A stretch of 64,000 bases of DNA from Takakia lepidozioides. Its lineage: Eukaryota; Plantae; Bryophyta. Below, in pieces: positions 49,376-61,500 of this stretch. A program made the position numbers and the translations under genes. The stretch lies in the NCBI GenBank assembly GCA_030704615.1, contig CM060733.1:65410001-65474000 (forward strand), given 5' to 3'. Position 1 is the first letter of the stretch, and each line of letters begins with the position of its first letter. The notes beneath the pieces are model-generated. The model was given only the letters and a program-made list of their open reading frames with translations, was not told the DNA's origin and did no database searches.

Positions 49376-52300
49376 AGGCGCGCGCATCAAAGTGAGTAAC
49401 TATGACTTGAAGGGGAGCTTACCAAAGTGAGGTGCACGACACTTGGTATCAGAGCTTTGAGTTCAGTACGCGATCGTCCTTGAGATTGGGCTCACCATGG
49501 GGTCGGGCAAGACAAAGCGAAAGCGGAACAGCCCGAAAAACGATGATCCTGGTGAGCCCGATGGGGGCGACGTGTCACCGAAGCGGCAAATGGAAGAGGC
49601 AATTTATGCTTCTGAAAGCGAGGCTGAACGGGAGGAATTTGGGGAGTCGGAGCCCGAGGACTTCCTAGAGGCTCCGCCAGACCAATAGATGCCTCCCATG
49701 CCAGCAGCCTTTTGGAAAGGGTTGTTGGCGTAGTTTGGCGGGACGTTGAAAGACGTGATCAGGGCGGCTAATGCCACTTCCACTAAGGTGAAGTTTAAGG
49801 TGAAGCCTAAGGAACCCGGCACCTTCGAGGTTGTCCGAAATCGGAAGGCACTCAGCACCTGGCTCTTGGAGCTGGAGCAGTACTTCCGGGCGGCCAAGTT
49901 GAGTGACGAGGATCGGGTGGAAGTGGCTCCCACCTATTTGAGGGGCTATGCTGAACAATGGTGGCAGAAGTGCCTTAATGACCAAGGGCCAAACCCAGAA
50001 ACCTTGAGCTGGAGTGGGTTTAAGGAACTTATGAAAAGACAGTTTGTGCCCCTCAACGCGTCCTGGCTTGCCCTGGACAAGATGAGAAACTTGAAGCAAA
50101 CGGATGACATTCGAGGATATGTTCAGGCTTTCAATGTGCTACTGCTCGAAGTCGCGGATATGGCGGAACCAGAAATGGTCTTCAATTTTGTGGCGAGACT
50201 GGCCCTGTGGGCAAGGCGGAAGTTGGAGGAGGGGCCACCTAAGACTTTAAACGAGGAAATTGAAAGGGCTGAATGCTTCTCGGATGTCCCTAGGGGCGAA
50301 AGACAGGGCCGTACGGAGCTGAACCACAAAAAGGTCCGGCGAGAGGGTGACTCCTTCCGACCGAAAAAGAAGTGGGATAGGCCACGCGGCGACAATGGCA
50401 CATGGAAATCAAAGGGAGGGCCTTCGCACGTCAAGGCGGCACTCGGTGCTCCGAAAGGAAAATCAAGTGCAGCGGTTTATGGCGGACAGAAGGTGACCTT
50501 TGATGGGGTGTGCTTTAATTGCGGGGAGCCCAGGCTCATGGCCAAGAAGTGCCTGAAATCCTGACAGTTAAACATGACTCAGGCGACCACGGAGCTGTCC
50601 GAAGAATCCATCAGCCGCTTGGTGGAGGTGGTGGTCGCCAAGACTTGCAAAGTAGGCAACTACTCTTATGAGTTGTATCAGGAGACGAGAGCTTTGCGTA
50701 AAGGGAGTCAGCTAATGTTCGTGTGCGGGATAATTTTCGGAACTAACGTGTCGTTGTTGGTGGACACAGGAGCGTCACACTACTTCATGACATCGGCAAC
50801 GGCACATAAGCTGGGCCTCCCGACAAGTGATGTGGGGGCTTCTATTGAAGTGATTTCTGGCAAAGAAGAACCGCAACGGGCAACGAGGCTGGCGTTCGAT
50901 GTTCCTCTTCAGCTGGGGAGTTGGGAGGGACGTGAGAACTTCACCATTTGCGAGATCGATGGAGTGGATCTCATTTTGGGGATGATTTTTTTGAGCAAAT
51001 CCGGAGCGGTCATAGATGGCCGCAAGAGAATAGTCACGCTACCATGTGGGAATGGTGGCGAAGTTTTACGAGTGTCGGAAACGCCCAACCGAGTGGGAGG
51101 GCGAATAAACTTGCTGACAGCAAAGGAGTGGGCCGTGGAGGAGCCACATGAGCCCCAGTTTTTGCTTTACGTGAGACAAGTGGAAGGAGAAGTCGATAGG
51201 GAGCCGAGCCCAGATTGGATAAAGGGGATCCTTAAGAAATACCAGGATGTGATGCCGGAGGATTTACCAAGCGGCTTGCCACCGTGAAGAGGAGTTGACC
51301 ACAAGATAGAGGTAATGCCGAGATCGGAGCCGCCTGCCAAGGCACCCTACCGGTTGAGTCACAGAGAGTTGGTCGAGTTGAAGGCCCAGCTCAAGGATCT
51401 AATGGCAAAGGGGTACATCCAGCTAAGTGAGTCACCTTACGGAGCCCCGGTACTATTCGCAGATAAGAAGGAGGGGACGTTGCGGATGTGTGTCAATTAC
51501 AGGGCTCTGAATAAGGTGACTATAAAAAACCGATACCCTTTGCCAAGGATCGACGACCTCTTTGATTGGTTGGCAAGAGCAAAGTATTTCAGCCGGATCG
51601 ATTTACGCTCGGGTTACCACCAGATCCGGATAGCGGAAGGAGATGAGAAAAAGACAGATTGCAGGACAAGGTATGGCTCGTACGAATTTTTGGTGATGCC
51701 TTTTGGGCTCACCAACGCGCCAGCAACCTTTAGCACTTTGATGAACTGCCTCTTTCAGGAGTGGTTGGATGACTTTGTGATCGTGTACATCGATGACATC
51801 TTGGTGTACTCGAAAACAAAGGAAGAGCACCTGGAGCACTTCAAAAGGCTGTTCCAGAAATTGTAGGAAGGGAAACTGTATGCCAAAGCTTCAAAGTGCG
51901 AGTTCGGGGTCACAAAAGTGGAGTTCCTAGGGCATGTGATTACACAAGATGAGATCAAAATGGATGACAGAAAGGTGAGGGCGATCTTAACTGGGAACCT
52001 CCGACTTCGGTCCCGGGAGTACGATCCTTCCTAGGACTCGCCTCCTATTACCGAAAGTATGTGAGAAATTTCGCCAAGATCGCGGGGCCGCTGTCAGACC
52101 TTCTGTGTAAATCCAAGGTATGGGTATAGAACACCTTTTGTGGCCAAGCTTTTGCCGAGTTGAAGCAGCGGATGGCAGAAGCTCCAGTCTTGAAAATCCC
52201 GGAGTTTGACCGTCTATTTGAGATTCATACGGATGCGTCGGACTTTGCAATCGGGGGTGTGCTCATGCAGGACGAACGTCCAGTGGCTTACGAAAGTAAA

Positions 52301-53110
52301 AAACTAAATGAAGTGGAGCGACGGTGGCCTACGCACGAGAAAGAAATGAAGGCGATGGTGCATTGCCTTGAGCTTTGGCACCACTATGTTGGTTCCAATC
52401 AATGAAGGTGTTCACGGACAATGTCACGGTGAAGTATTTTGCCACACAGCCTAAGTTGTCCCCAAAACAACTTAGGTGGCAAGACATTTTGGCAGTGTTC
52501 GACGTGGATATCCAGTATAATTCGGGACGGGACAATGTGGTGGCCGATGCTTTAAGTAGAGAGCAACAACTCATGTTGATGTACAGGGGCAAGATGGCGC
52601 TCCAAAGGAAGATCCGAAAGGCTTACCGGAAGAATGAAATGACGAAGTCCGTGATGCGGGACTTGAGGTTGGGGGTTAAATCGCAGTTCCATTTGCACAA
52701 TGGACTGCTCCAATACAAGCAAAAGCGTCTCTATGTGCCGAAGGGAGGGATACTCTTGAAAGAATGCCACGATGGCCCGTTTGCAGGGCACGGCGGAGCC
52801 AAGCGCACCGCGGCACTCTTGAAGAAAGAGTATTTCTGGCCCAAATTGAGGGAGGAGGCCGAGGAGTATGTCAAGACATGCACCACATGCCAACAAAACC
52901 GGAGCGAGTACAAAAAGCAAGCGGGGCTGTTACAACCCTTGCCGATTCCAGAGGGGTCTTGGGAAAGTGTCTCAATGGATTTCATGACTGCTTTGCCACT
53001 GTCAAAAGGATTTGATGCAATCGACTTTACTTTGCCCACGTCTTCAAGTATCATGGACTCCTGAGATATTGTCTCGGACCGCGATCCAAAGTTTACAAGT
53101 AAATTCACTA
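49376..53110 (+). mobile_element. Ty3/Gypsy (chromovirus-like) LTR retrotransposon, truncated: LTR remnant, PBS, gag, PR, RT, RNase H, partial integrase
   Basis: PBS TGGTATCAGAGC at 49444-49455 after ...GACA. gag with degenerate [40 protein letters not shown] (CHDGPFAGH...CTTC), WESVSMDF. Stops and frameshifts present. Confidence 0.93.
49444..49455 (+). promoter_or_regulatory. Primer-binding site, initiator tRNA-Met
   Basis: Canonical TGGTATCAGAGC. Confidence 0.9.
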
Positions 53111-53268
53111 TGTGCAGACTTTGAGCGTTGAGACCTGGCTATGACGACTGCAAGCATCACAACGAGCATCACAACGCGTGCGTGCACGGGCCAAAGCCAC
53201 GCGCAAAGAGAGGGAATTGAACGCATAGAGAGAGACGGACAGGGCTCAGAGAGAAATGGCGCTGGTTC

Positions 53269-53690
53269 TTGCACGCGTTCGTCATTTTCGAGAACGCAAC
53301 AAGCAAACCTGATGGTGTCCTGCAACCTGATGGTGTCTCCAGGCAGGAGGAGATGGACGAGGTTGTAAGGGATCGGGAAATTCGAAGAGCCTGCAAGACG
53401 ATTGTGGGACACACGACCAACATGTTGGGTATTTATCACCGCAACGTCTGCTTAGCAGTTGCTCGCCGCGCAAGCATGGTTGACTCTACTGGAGGATTCA
53501 TGTGGAGTGTGTCTAAAAGGAAGCAGAGAAACTATATCATTTCAGCTGCAACAAGGGATGTGGTGACCTCTTGGTGGACTACGCAAATACGCATCAGCCC
53601 GAATTCCAAAGATGTAACGCGGAAGCGGCTGGTTGCGTTTGATTGCGATGTAAAGCCCACCCATTACTTGATGGAGCCACATGTACATTC
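53269..53690 (+). pseudogene. Fragment of an unidentified, probably DNA-transposon protein
   Basis: Protein-like block VVTSWWTTQIRISPNSKDVTRKR...PTHYL. Family not assigned. Confidence 0.3.
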
Positions 53691-54495
53691 AACTCTTGTA
53701 GTCCATTCACTAGTTTTAAGTCCATGAGTAGTTGCTATGGAAGAATGAATGTCTTCCTGACATTTAGGCTTTACGATAGCAAGTTGTGGAAATTAGGGTA
53801 TGGCCTTGTTGTCCATGACTGCAGTGTAGACCACTTATCTGAACTGAATTGGACTTAGTGGAGTTCTTGTGAATTAGGTATGTCTGTATGGAATGTGAGA
53901 GGAGCAGCAACCACTGCTCTACAATCTCTCATTTTACCCCCTCATTTTTTTTTTCTGATTTTCTCTTACTATGAGGAATACTGCAGCGGGGTGGAGATAT
54001 TGACAATAGATTGGAAGGAATGGTACAAGCTTAGAGATCCACGTTCAGGAAGTCGCAGTGTTCCATGCAGGGAACATCGATATACTGGCAGAGTTTGTTG
54101 CAGCAAACACTATATATGCACACGAGATATGATTCGGAACTGAAGCGTCTCACCACTAATGGGCATGCATTTAAGAAAATGATAGGCAATAATGCATACA
54201 TGACATATGGATGCAAACATTGACGTCGTTTTCAAACCCTGCACAAGAATTTTTTTCACTTTGCACATTGTTAATAATAATAAGCGAACAACCAATTTCA
54301 ATAAGTACAAGGATAGAGAGCGTATCGTCGTTACCCTCTCCGGAATTTGAACCGATTATGACTTGTAAAATACTCCAACAAAGAAAAAAAAGAAAAAAAA
54401 CTCCAGGTAGAAACCCCATTGACTTCCTCCCAGTGGAGAATTCACTTAATTATTGCAACTTTGTTGCCCCGCACCCCAGGTTGCCATTCTCGGAG

Positions 54496-55582
54496 GGGGG
54501 CTGCTATTTCATGAGCCATGAGCCATGAACAAAGTCGTAAGTGTCGAAAAAAACATGAGCATGACTATTTTCCGGAAATGAGTGTCCGCGGGAATAGGGT
54601 TGAGGGTGTCACGGTCATAGGGGGAGAAGGACCTCCCGATGAAGGAGGTTCGGCAATGTTTTTTATAATTACATATTGAAAGGTAATGTTTAACACTAGA
54701 GAGATGGCTAGATGTACATACTATACCGTACAGATTGTCCACTATACATATATTTTGACATTTAAACAAACCAAATGAGGAATGATGCATTCTGGGAACG
54801 ATGGATATAGAATAAAACAAAAGAGGGCACAATGGGGTTTTTATTGATCCACATGAATTGCATTTGAGCACGTCTACTATGCTGGTGGTGCAAACAAATC
54901 TTTGGCCCTGTGCATTCTGAATACAAGTCACGTTGTCAATGGGACTTCGACTGCTCTGAAAACTAGCTCATGAGTCATCGGGCTCCTCCAGGTAAACTGG
55001 ATTGCAGCCGTTGTACCGCCCCTGTTGATGTTCACCACAATGTCGTGCCCTTCAATCATACCACCATCGAATATGGAAAGCTTCACATTTTCGTCGTCCA
55101 CACCAATGCGAATGTCCCCATACAATGGAGAAGAGGAGCGCACTCCTTCAGGAGTATACGTCTCTCCGATGGAGTCCACCCACGTCCACTGGCAGCAGTT
55201 CCACCGCAACAGCATAACAGTGCGCATTCTTCTGCATGGGTGCCCGTCGTAGTTGGGAAAATCTTAATCAAGGATGCGCAGGAGCCACGGACTCCTCAGA
55301 CCAAGATCGTCACCCCGCTCGAAGGCGTAGTGGCCTGGGATATACTCAAAAGCGGACAATGTTTCCACATTCAGATAACGATGTCTCCCGATGTGGCCGA
55401 ATACATTGCATAATCGAAGCCTCCATAAGGGCAGTCGTCCCGGTTCCGGAAGCACGGCATCTTTGCAAAGGAGGACCTGAGGACGTCTTTGATGCCGATG
55501 ACAATGACCTTGCGGACAGCAACGAAGCCCTTTGATTTTCGAAATGATGAGAAGCGGAAGAGCAGTGCGGGCTCCAATAATG
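54496..55582 (+). mobile_element. MULE copy D: left TIR plus gene X paralog, cut by element E
   Basis: 54496-54658 is the reverse complement of 49198-49375. 55477-55582 matches window 1-106. Confidence 0.85.
54928..55460 (-). pseudogene. Gene X paralog, disrupted
   Basis: MPCFRNRDDCPYGGFDYAMY...RWNCCQWT...DGGMIEGHDIVV...ELVFRAVEVP, with stop and frameshift. Confidence 0.75.
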
Positions 55583-57850
55583 GGGGGATGCTTCCGCGTG
55601 AGCGTATGAGCGTGAGCATGTGAGCGCAGCTAGGCTCACGCTATGTCAGCAAGTATTGTCACGTTGGCTCACGGGTCTGACGCCACGTCTTTGCTGTGTT
55701 CTTGGCTTTAAGTCGTGGAAAGATCTCCGTGGCATGAACAGAATACAAATAGCGTGAACGTACATTGCCGCATTATTATTTTTCGAAGATATTTTGTAGC
55801 ATTGTATTACTGGGACTTTGATTACCTGATATTCATATACACTATGAGTGTCGCTTTGCGGATGTTCTTGCATGAATTTGTAATAGTACGGGCTTTTCAC
55901 TTTGCATGATTTACTGTAGAACTCGTAAGGTGACATTTCTTTGAATTTGTGTGGCATGTTTTGGTAGTCAATGCGGAAATTATACAGAATTACCTTGTCG
56001 TTTTGTTCATATCTTTCGACTTTGAACGTTTTGAATGTGTTTTCGTTGTCGTTGTCATTGTGTATGTTGTTCAAATCATTGTTTTCATCTTCATTTGATC
56101 GAGATTGTTAATCCATGTGGATAAACTATACCACGACAGATATGCAAATTGGTGGTCTGTCAAATGGTCTAGATATTTCATTAGGTAACTGACTGCCCTT
56201 GTCGCTGAAATCTCTTGTTGAGATCTGATCGTGTTTAAACATCGAATTAATAATTTTTGACTTTTCTCAACTGAATGTTCGATAGATGGTCATAAGTCAT
56301 TTGAATTTTTTTTACGGCTATTTGCAAGAGGAATATATGCGTGATGTGTAGACGGAAGATTTTGTAATGTAATCCGTAATGTAGTATATCAGAGCCTTTG
56401 CATCTTTCCCTGAAGCACCGATGAACTTCAAATCGTGGTTTCATCTTCCTGATATTAACATCCATGGATTTGCGTTGTTCAACCATCTGTCAACCAATAA
56501 ATAAGCTTTTCTCCCTACACTTGCCCTCTACACTTGACTTCATTAGAGGGTTCAGGAACGGGTGGAAATGCGGCACCGCATTTGTCACTAACTGCCATCT
56601 ACTTTGGCATCTTTATCCTCTCTCGGGATGCGGTAGGGAGGTATCCTGATCGAACGGCTACTAATGCGGCACCACATTTCGGTCTGCTGACTCATGGAGG
56701 CTGAAAGGGCAGTTGAAGTGCTCATTGCCAGCACATGCTCAGAGGCGGCGGTGCCGGACCGTTGCATCGTCACTAGTGTTCGACAGACACTAGACCCCTA
56801 TTTCTTTGAATTCAATTCACCGCCGACGCAGGGGCCACCTGCCTCACGAGGAGACACGTAGGCCCCGACCTTTCAAATCCATACGGTGCATCTCCGCCGT
56901 TTGATGTCATCTTTCGCTGGTGACTCTTTCAATGCTCTAGCACCCCTTCCAACACCACTCTTCGCCTCATTTCTTCTCTTCAGTTTCTCTTATGCTGCAC
57001 CCTAATAGTGAGGAAGTTGTTGTGCCAAAGAAGAGACGTCGTCGCAAGCTCCGCAAAGTATACTTCGGACGGATACCAATGCCAAAGAGGGGGCCGCTTC
57101 GCCTTGCGGAGGAGATGGTCATCACCGCGCAGCGGGCAACGCAGTCAACATAATCTCCAGTGAGAGCTCGGTGCTTTCGAGATGCGGTCCCCTGATCGAG
57201 TACCGAAACCTACTCTGCCTTCTTATCTTTTGTTGCTTCGTGTGGCTTGTTGCTAAGATACTTGTGTGCATGGAAATTTTTGGATGTCTGATTCCAAAGG
57301 TGGAGGTGGTGGAGGGATTACAGGGCTCTGAAGACCCGCAGGAGGAAACGAAGAAAGCTAGTACTACAGCCCGTACACCACCCCAACCTTCGAGCACGGG
57401 TCCTCCTGTCGGGCCTAACTAAATGCGCTTACGGGAGTAAGGCAAAGGTTTCAAGTCGAAAGCAGCAGAGAAAGAAGCACGTATGATGCTGAAGATGATG
57501 GAGAGTCGCCAACAGGGGTCGTTCCCTTCTCCAACAAAGAGTAGGAAGCATCAGGTGGTCATTGAGGATACTACCCCACCGGATCGGTCCCTTTCCCCTA
57601 CGAAGAGCAAGAAGCAGAAGGGGCGGTGGAGAATTCGACGAAAACTGAGGAGTCCCCTTCCCATGTAATGAGTATGAAGTAGAAGGGGGCGAAGTCTCCA
57701 GCAAAACCCCTTCCACGAGCTGAAGCTCAGTTCCTGCTGGAGTTTCAGAAGGAAACCGGGGGCAATTCTGCAACAGCGAAGGCAGCTGTTCCCACGGCGA
57801 TCCGTAGCACTCCCGTCCTGGTCGATCTTTCAGCGGATGAAGGCTTCTAC
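55583..57850 (+). mobile_element. Diverged MULE copy E: variant TIR, captured Helitron fragment, 5' part of cargo gene
   Basis: Starts GGGGGATGCTTCCGCGTGAGCGTATGAGC exactly where homology to 1-106 stops. Palindrome at 56564-56583. Exon MLHPNSEEVVVPKKRRRRKLRKVYFGR is homologous to 13425-13595. Right end not identified. Confidence 0.6.
55695..56490 (-). pseudogene. Helitron RepHel fragment (Rep motif 3 and linker)
   Basis: NHDLKFIGASGKDAKALIYYITDYITKS, YLMKYLDHLTDHQF, YEFYS, HPQSDTH, ILFMPRR..DL. AT-rich. Confidence 0.85.
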
Positions 57851-58577
57851 CCTAAGGGGTGCCGCAAAACTCGATCGTCTTTTTTTCGCCCCTTAGCAAG
57901 AGCTGATTCGTCGGGGCCGCCCCTTTAGAGAAATTCTATCGAGATCAGTACCGTCTCTTCAAACCTGGGGTCGATTCAGGTAGGGATGATTGAGAGTGCC
58001 CATGGAACCTGGCACTAATGTGTCTTAAGAACTGCACCTTGGTGCATTTTAATCGTGTGTCCTTTCACAAAACCACGCAACCTCTCAGCATATGCCTAGT
58101 GGACTTGAAGCAAACAGTACCTAGAGTCACATGAAATTTCATGGCATGTAACTTTTGTCATAATCCTTGGCACTCCAGCATGTGCAAAAATAAATACAAG
58201 ACATGATGCCTGAGATAGCCAATCCTCATTGATGTATCTCCAAGAAAGACCACGGGATAACAAACATTTTCAAGTGTTTGAAACCCTTCTGCATCTAAGC
58301 AGCCTGTTCAACATCTTTCTTTGGCTCAATTCACTCAGCTTTCATACTGGCCAATTGGTCCTCTCTCTCTTACACCTATGAAGCGACCAAGACCAATGGG
58401 AGGTAATGAGAGACAAGGCTTCAGGAATCATAAGTTAAATAGATTCCATGCAAGTACTGCTGGGAGGAAAGAAATACAGTACAAAATCATTACTGTGGCC
58501 CCTTTTGACTCCTTGTAGAAGAGCCATTTGAGTGGAGAGCAGGACGGGATATGATTGTAGATCAAGGGAACCACACA

Positions 58578-61500
58578 TCAAATCAGCTGTGCTTTTCGGA
58601 AATCAGCAACGACACCTTTTTTATCCTCTCCTTTTTCAGAATACAGCACCTGTACCCATCACATCCCATATGTGAAGCGATTAGAAAATAGAATTGAATT
58701 CATGGAATCCTTCGAGGTTAATTTGCACTCCATAAGGAACAAAAAATAACCTCTCACAGCCAACAACACTGTATGTGCAAGATGAGCTTCAATTTGGAAG
58801 GTATCAAACATGGAAGTAACAGGAACGCTGGTGTTTTACTACTGCTCATCTTACCATTCCCCAATGAACACCCTTCCTCCATCCCCTCAAGAGAGAAGGA
58901 AGATAATGGAATGAGAGACACAGAACAATTCTTGGTATACAGAAACTACTGTGGGAGGAGTTTGTACCTTGTCAATGATGCCGTACTCAACAGCTTCATC
59001 TGGGCTGAAGTATTTGGGTCGTCGGATATCCTCCTCAATCTTCTCTGGAGAATGTCCGGTGTGCCTTGAATATAAACCCACCTGCTCAAACAGGCTTACC
59101 CCAATCAAATCATGTCGGTTTACAACCTTCCAGGAAGGACACAAACCACTCCGATCCAGAACTGCAATCAACCCTCAGACCAAATGGTACTCACCCCCAG
59201 GCCCACACTCCAAAGGTAGTGAGTAGCTTGCCCCCAAGAATCCATGGAGAAATTCCAACAGAAAACAAAACCAGTGCATGTACTTAGAATGAAGAAGAGG
59301 TAACTATAGTACCAGCTCAGCCTTCACATTCCGGACTTCCTTCCGAGCGATGTCAATATCCGTCGCTTGACCACGAAACTGAGCAATTGGCTGCTCATTT
59401 CCACATTCCCAAGAACCGTAAGTCAAAATCTTGACCACGCTCACTGTTAATGCAGAATACGTCTCCCTCATCTCTACCATCAACCCCCCTTCCCAAACAA
59501 AAGCATACGCGAATGGAGGAAAACTTGCTTCTTTGCCAGTAATCCTTATGTATATACATGAGTTTTGCACCAGAATCAGTGGCTGATTTATTATATCAGA
59601 CCATGCCTTTCCATTCCTCTTTCTATTCTGTCTGAGCACTATGCAGGGCACCCAGGAGGTGACTAGTGTGGAAGAATATCGAGCCAAAGGTGGTGATATG
59701 AGTTTGGATCACTGCACCTTCTACGTGTTTCTATGCTCTACAATATCAGAGCAAGCGAAACTGTGGCAGTGCATGATGTGCAGACTTGCATCCAAATGTC
59801 CACAGTAGTGGTGAGGCAATCAACATCAAGCTTTCCAAAGGATTTATGCCATTTTTTAAAATGATATGAAATGAACACTGGAGGAGCTGAGCACATAGGA
59901 CGGGGGCAGTTCTGGGCTGCATTCAGACTCTGGTGGGTAGATACCATTAACCAGCTCCCAGAGGAGTGCACCATGCTGGAACCAAATTGACAAGGATATG
60001 TAACTGCCAATGTTTACAGGGAAACGTAAATTAGTACGTCTGTAAGATTGACGAGCTACCAAGGCCAAGTAGACCATCTCCAAGAGAAGGGAAGTAGGAC
60101 CTGCTTGATCATAATGGTGGAGGATGGTAGAGAAGCACGGTTGCCCTTGGATCCAGCAGCAAGGAGCAAAGCTGCCTCCCCCCAGGCATTGCCTATACAG
60201 AGTGTGAAAATGGGTGGTTTCACGTACCTACACAACAGATCGCACATTCCACAGCACCGTAACCAAAAAAACTTCTGAAATTTTTCATGCCATTGCACAA
60301 AAGCAAAAGCCATCTTTGTGTGGTGAAAAGTACTTCCAAAAAAATTAATTTCCACAACATGCAAGGAGAGGGAAAAGAACCAGCATATGAAGGCAATGTA
60401 TAAAGTACCTCATTGTATCATAGATGGCAAAAGCCTCTGTTTCATAACCAAGCTTCTCCCCATCCTGCACAATACATCAAATCGTGTCTACTGAGAAAAT
60501 ACAGCTAACAATGCAGTAAATGCCCTTTCCTCATCCATCCCAAACACTTCAGACACACACAGGCTGTATTGTGCTTTTCGAGTTTCTGCCATCCCTGGCA
60601 GAGGCTTCAATCCTGAAGTGGCTAATGGAGCCAGGATGAGGCATTCCATCTTTTTGCAACATTTGGGGTTGGCCCTCTTTGGTTCTACTGTGTCACATGG
60701 GCCTTTGGGCTCCTCTGGATCTGATGACCTTCTTCTGTATCACACTTTCTCTTTCTCTCTCTTGTGTAGATTTTGGCAATAATCAAAGGTTACTTAGTAT
60801 ACTTTTGAGACAGTCACATCATACCTGTGGCGTACTAGAGGCTACAGCAGCAGCACTGAAATTGACATTGTGAATTCAACATGATGTCTAACCTAGCCCA
60901 TATATGGAACATGAAGTTCCCTCTGTAAGCAGATGTCGTGGGTGGGCAACAACTGAAACGACTTCAGGGAAACTGTATGCCTAACTTCATTTTGTCGACA
61001 TTCTTCATGCTTCCGACATGGCATTAGATGCTTCAGCCTCCAAGTCAGTTTCATCTAGCAGGGTCAGTTCTTTAGGCTGAGCCTCAAGATTTTGAAAGTT
61101 GGTGAACAGAGGTGCAGTGAATATTTTCTTGATGGTCCTAAAGAGGGTCGCTCTCTGACGAGAATACCCCTGGGGCATTGTATCGGAAATGGATTTTGTC
61201 TTCAGGCTGCCTGCACATCGGGCATTGACAATCTTCCAGCTCTCGACATGACGAGTTCAAAGTCAGATGGTGGGGTCGGTTGAATCGTATGCCTGATACC
61301 AGATACCCTAAGATGATCGACTCTATATCTTAGAAGAAAGACCGTCCTGTTAAACAGGCTAGTCCTGGAGGAAAAGGGAGAGAGATGCTAGTACCTGAAT
61401 CTAATTGTTGTGCAGCTCACACACTGCAGATTGATTCTTGTGTGAAGGCTCTCTAGATATCAAGGTAAGTGCCACTACTCGAGTGAGCTCTCACAATGGT

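Noticed and set aside
49198-54658. A single TIR element enclosing the Gypsy
   Set aside because: Element B shows the GGGGG end is the outer terminus. Here those ends face inward and the flanks (AGGCGCGC vs TCTCGGAG) do not match, so these are ends of two separate elements.
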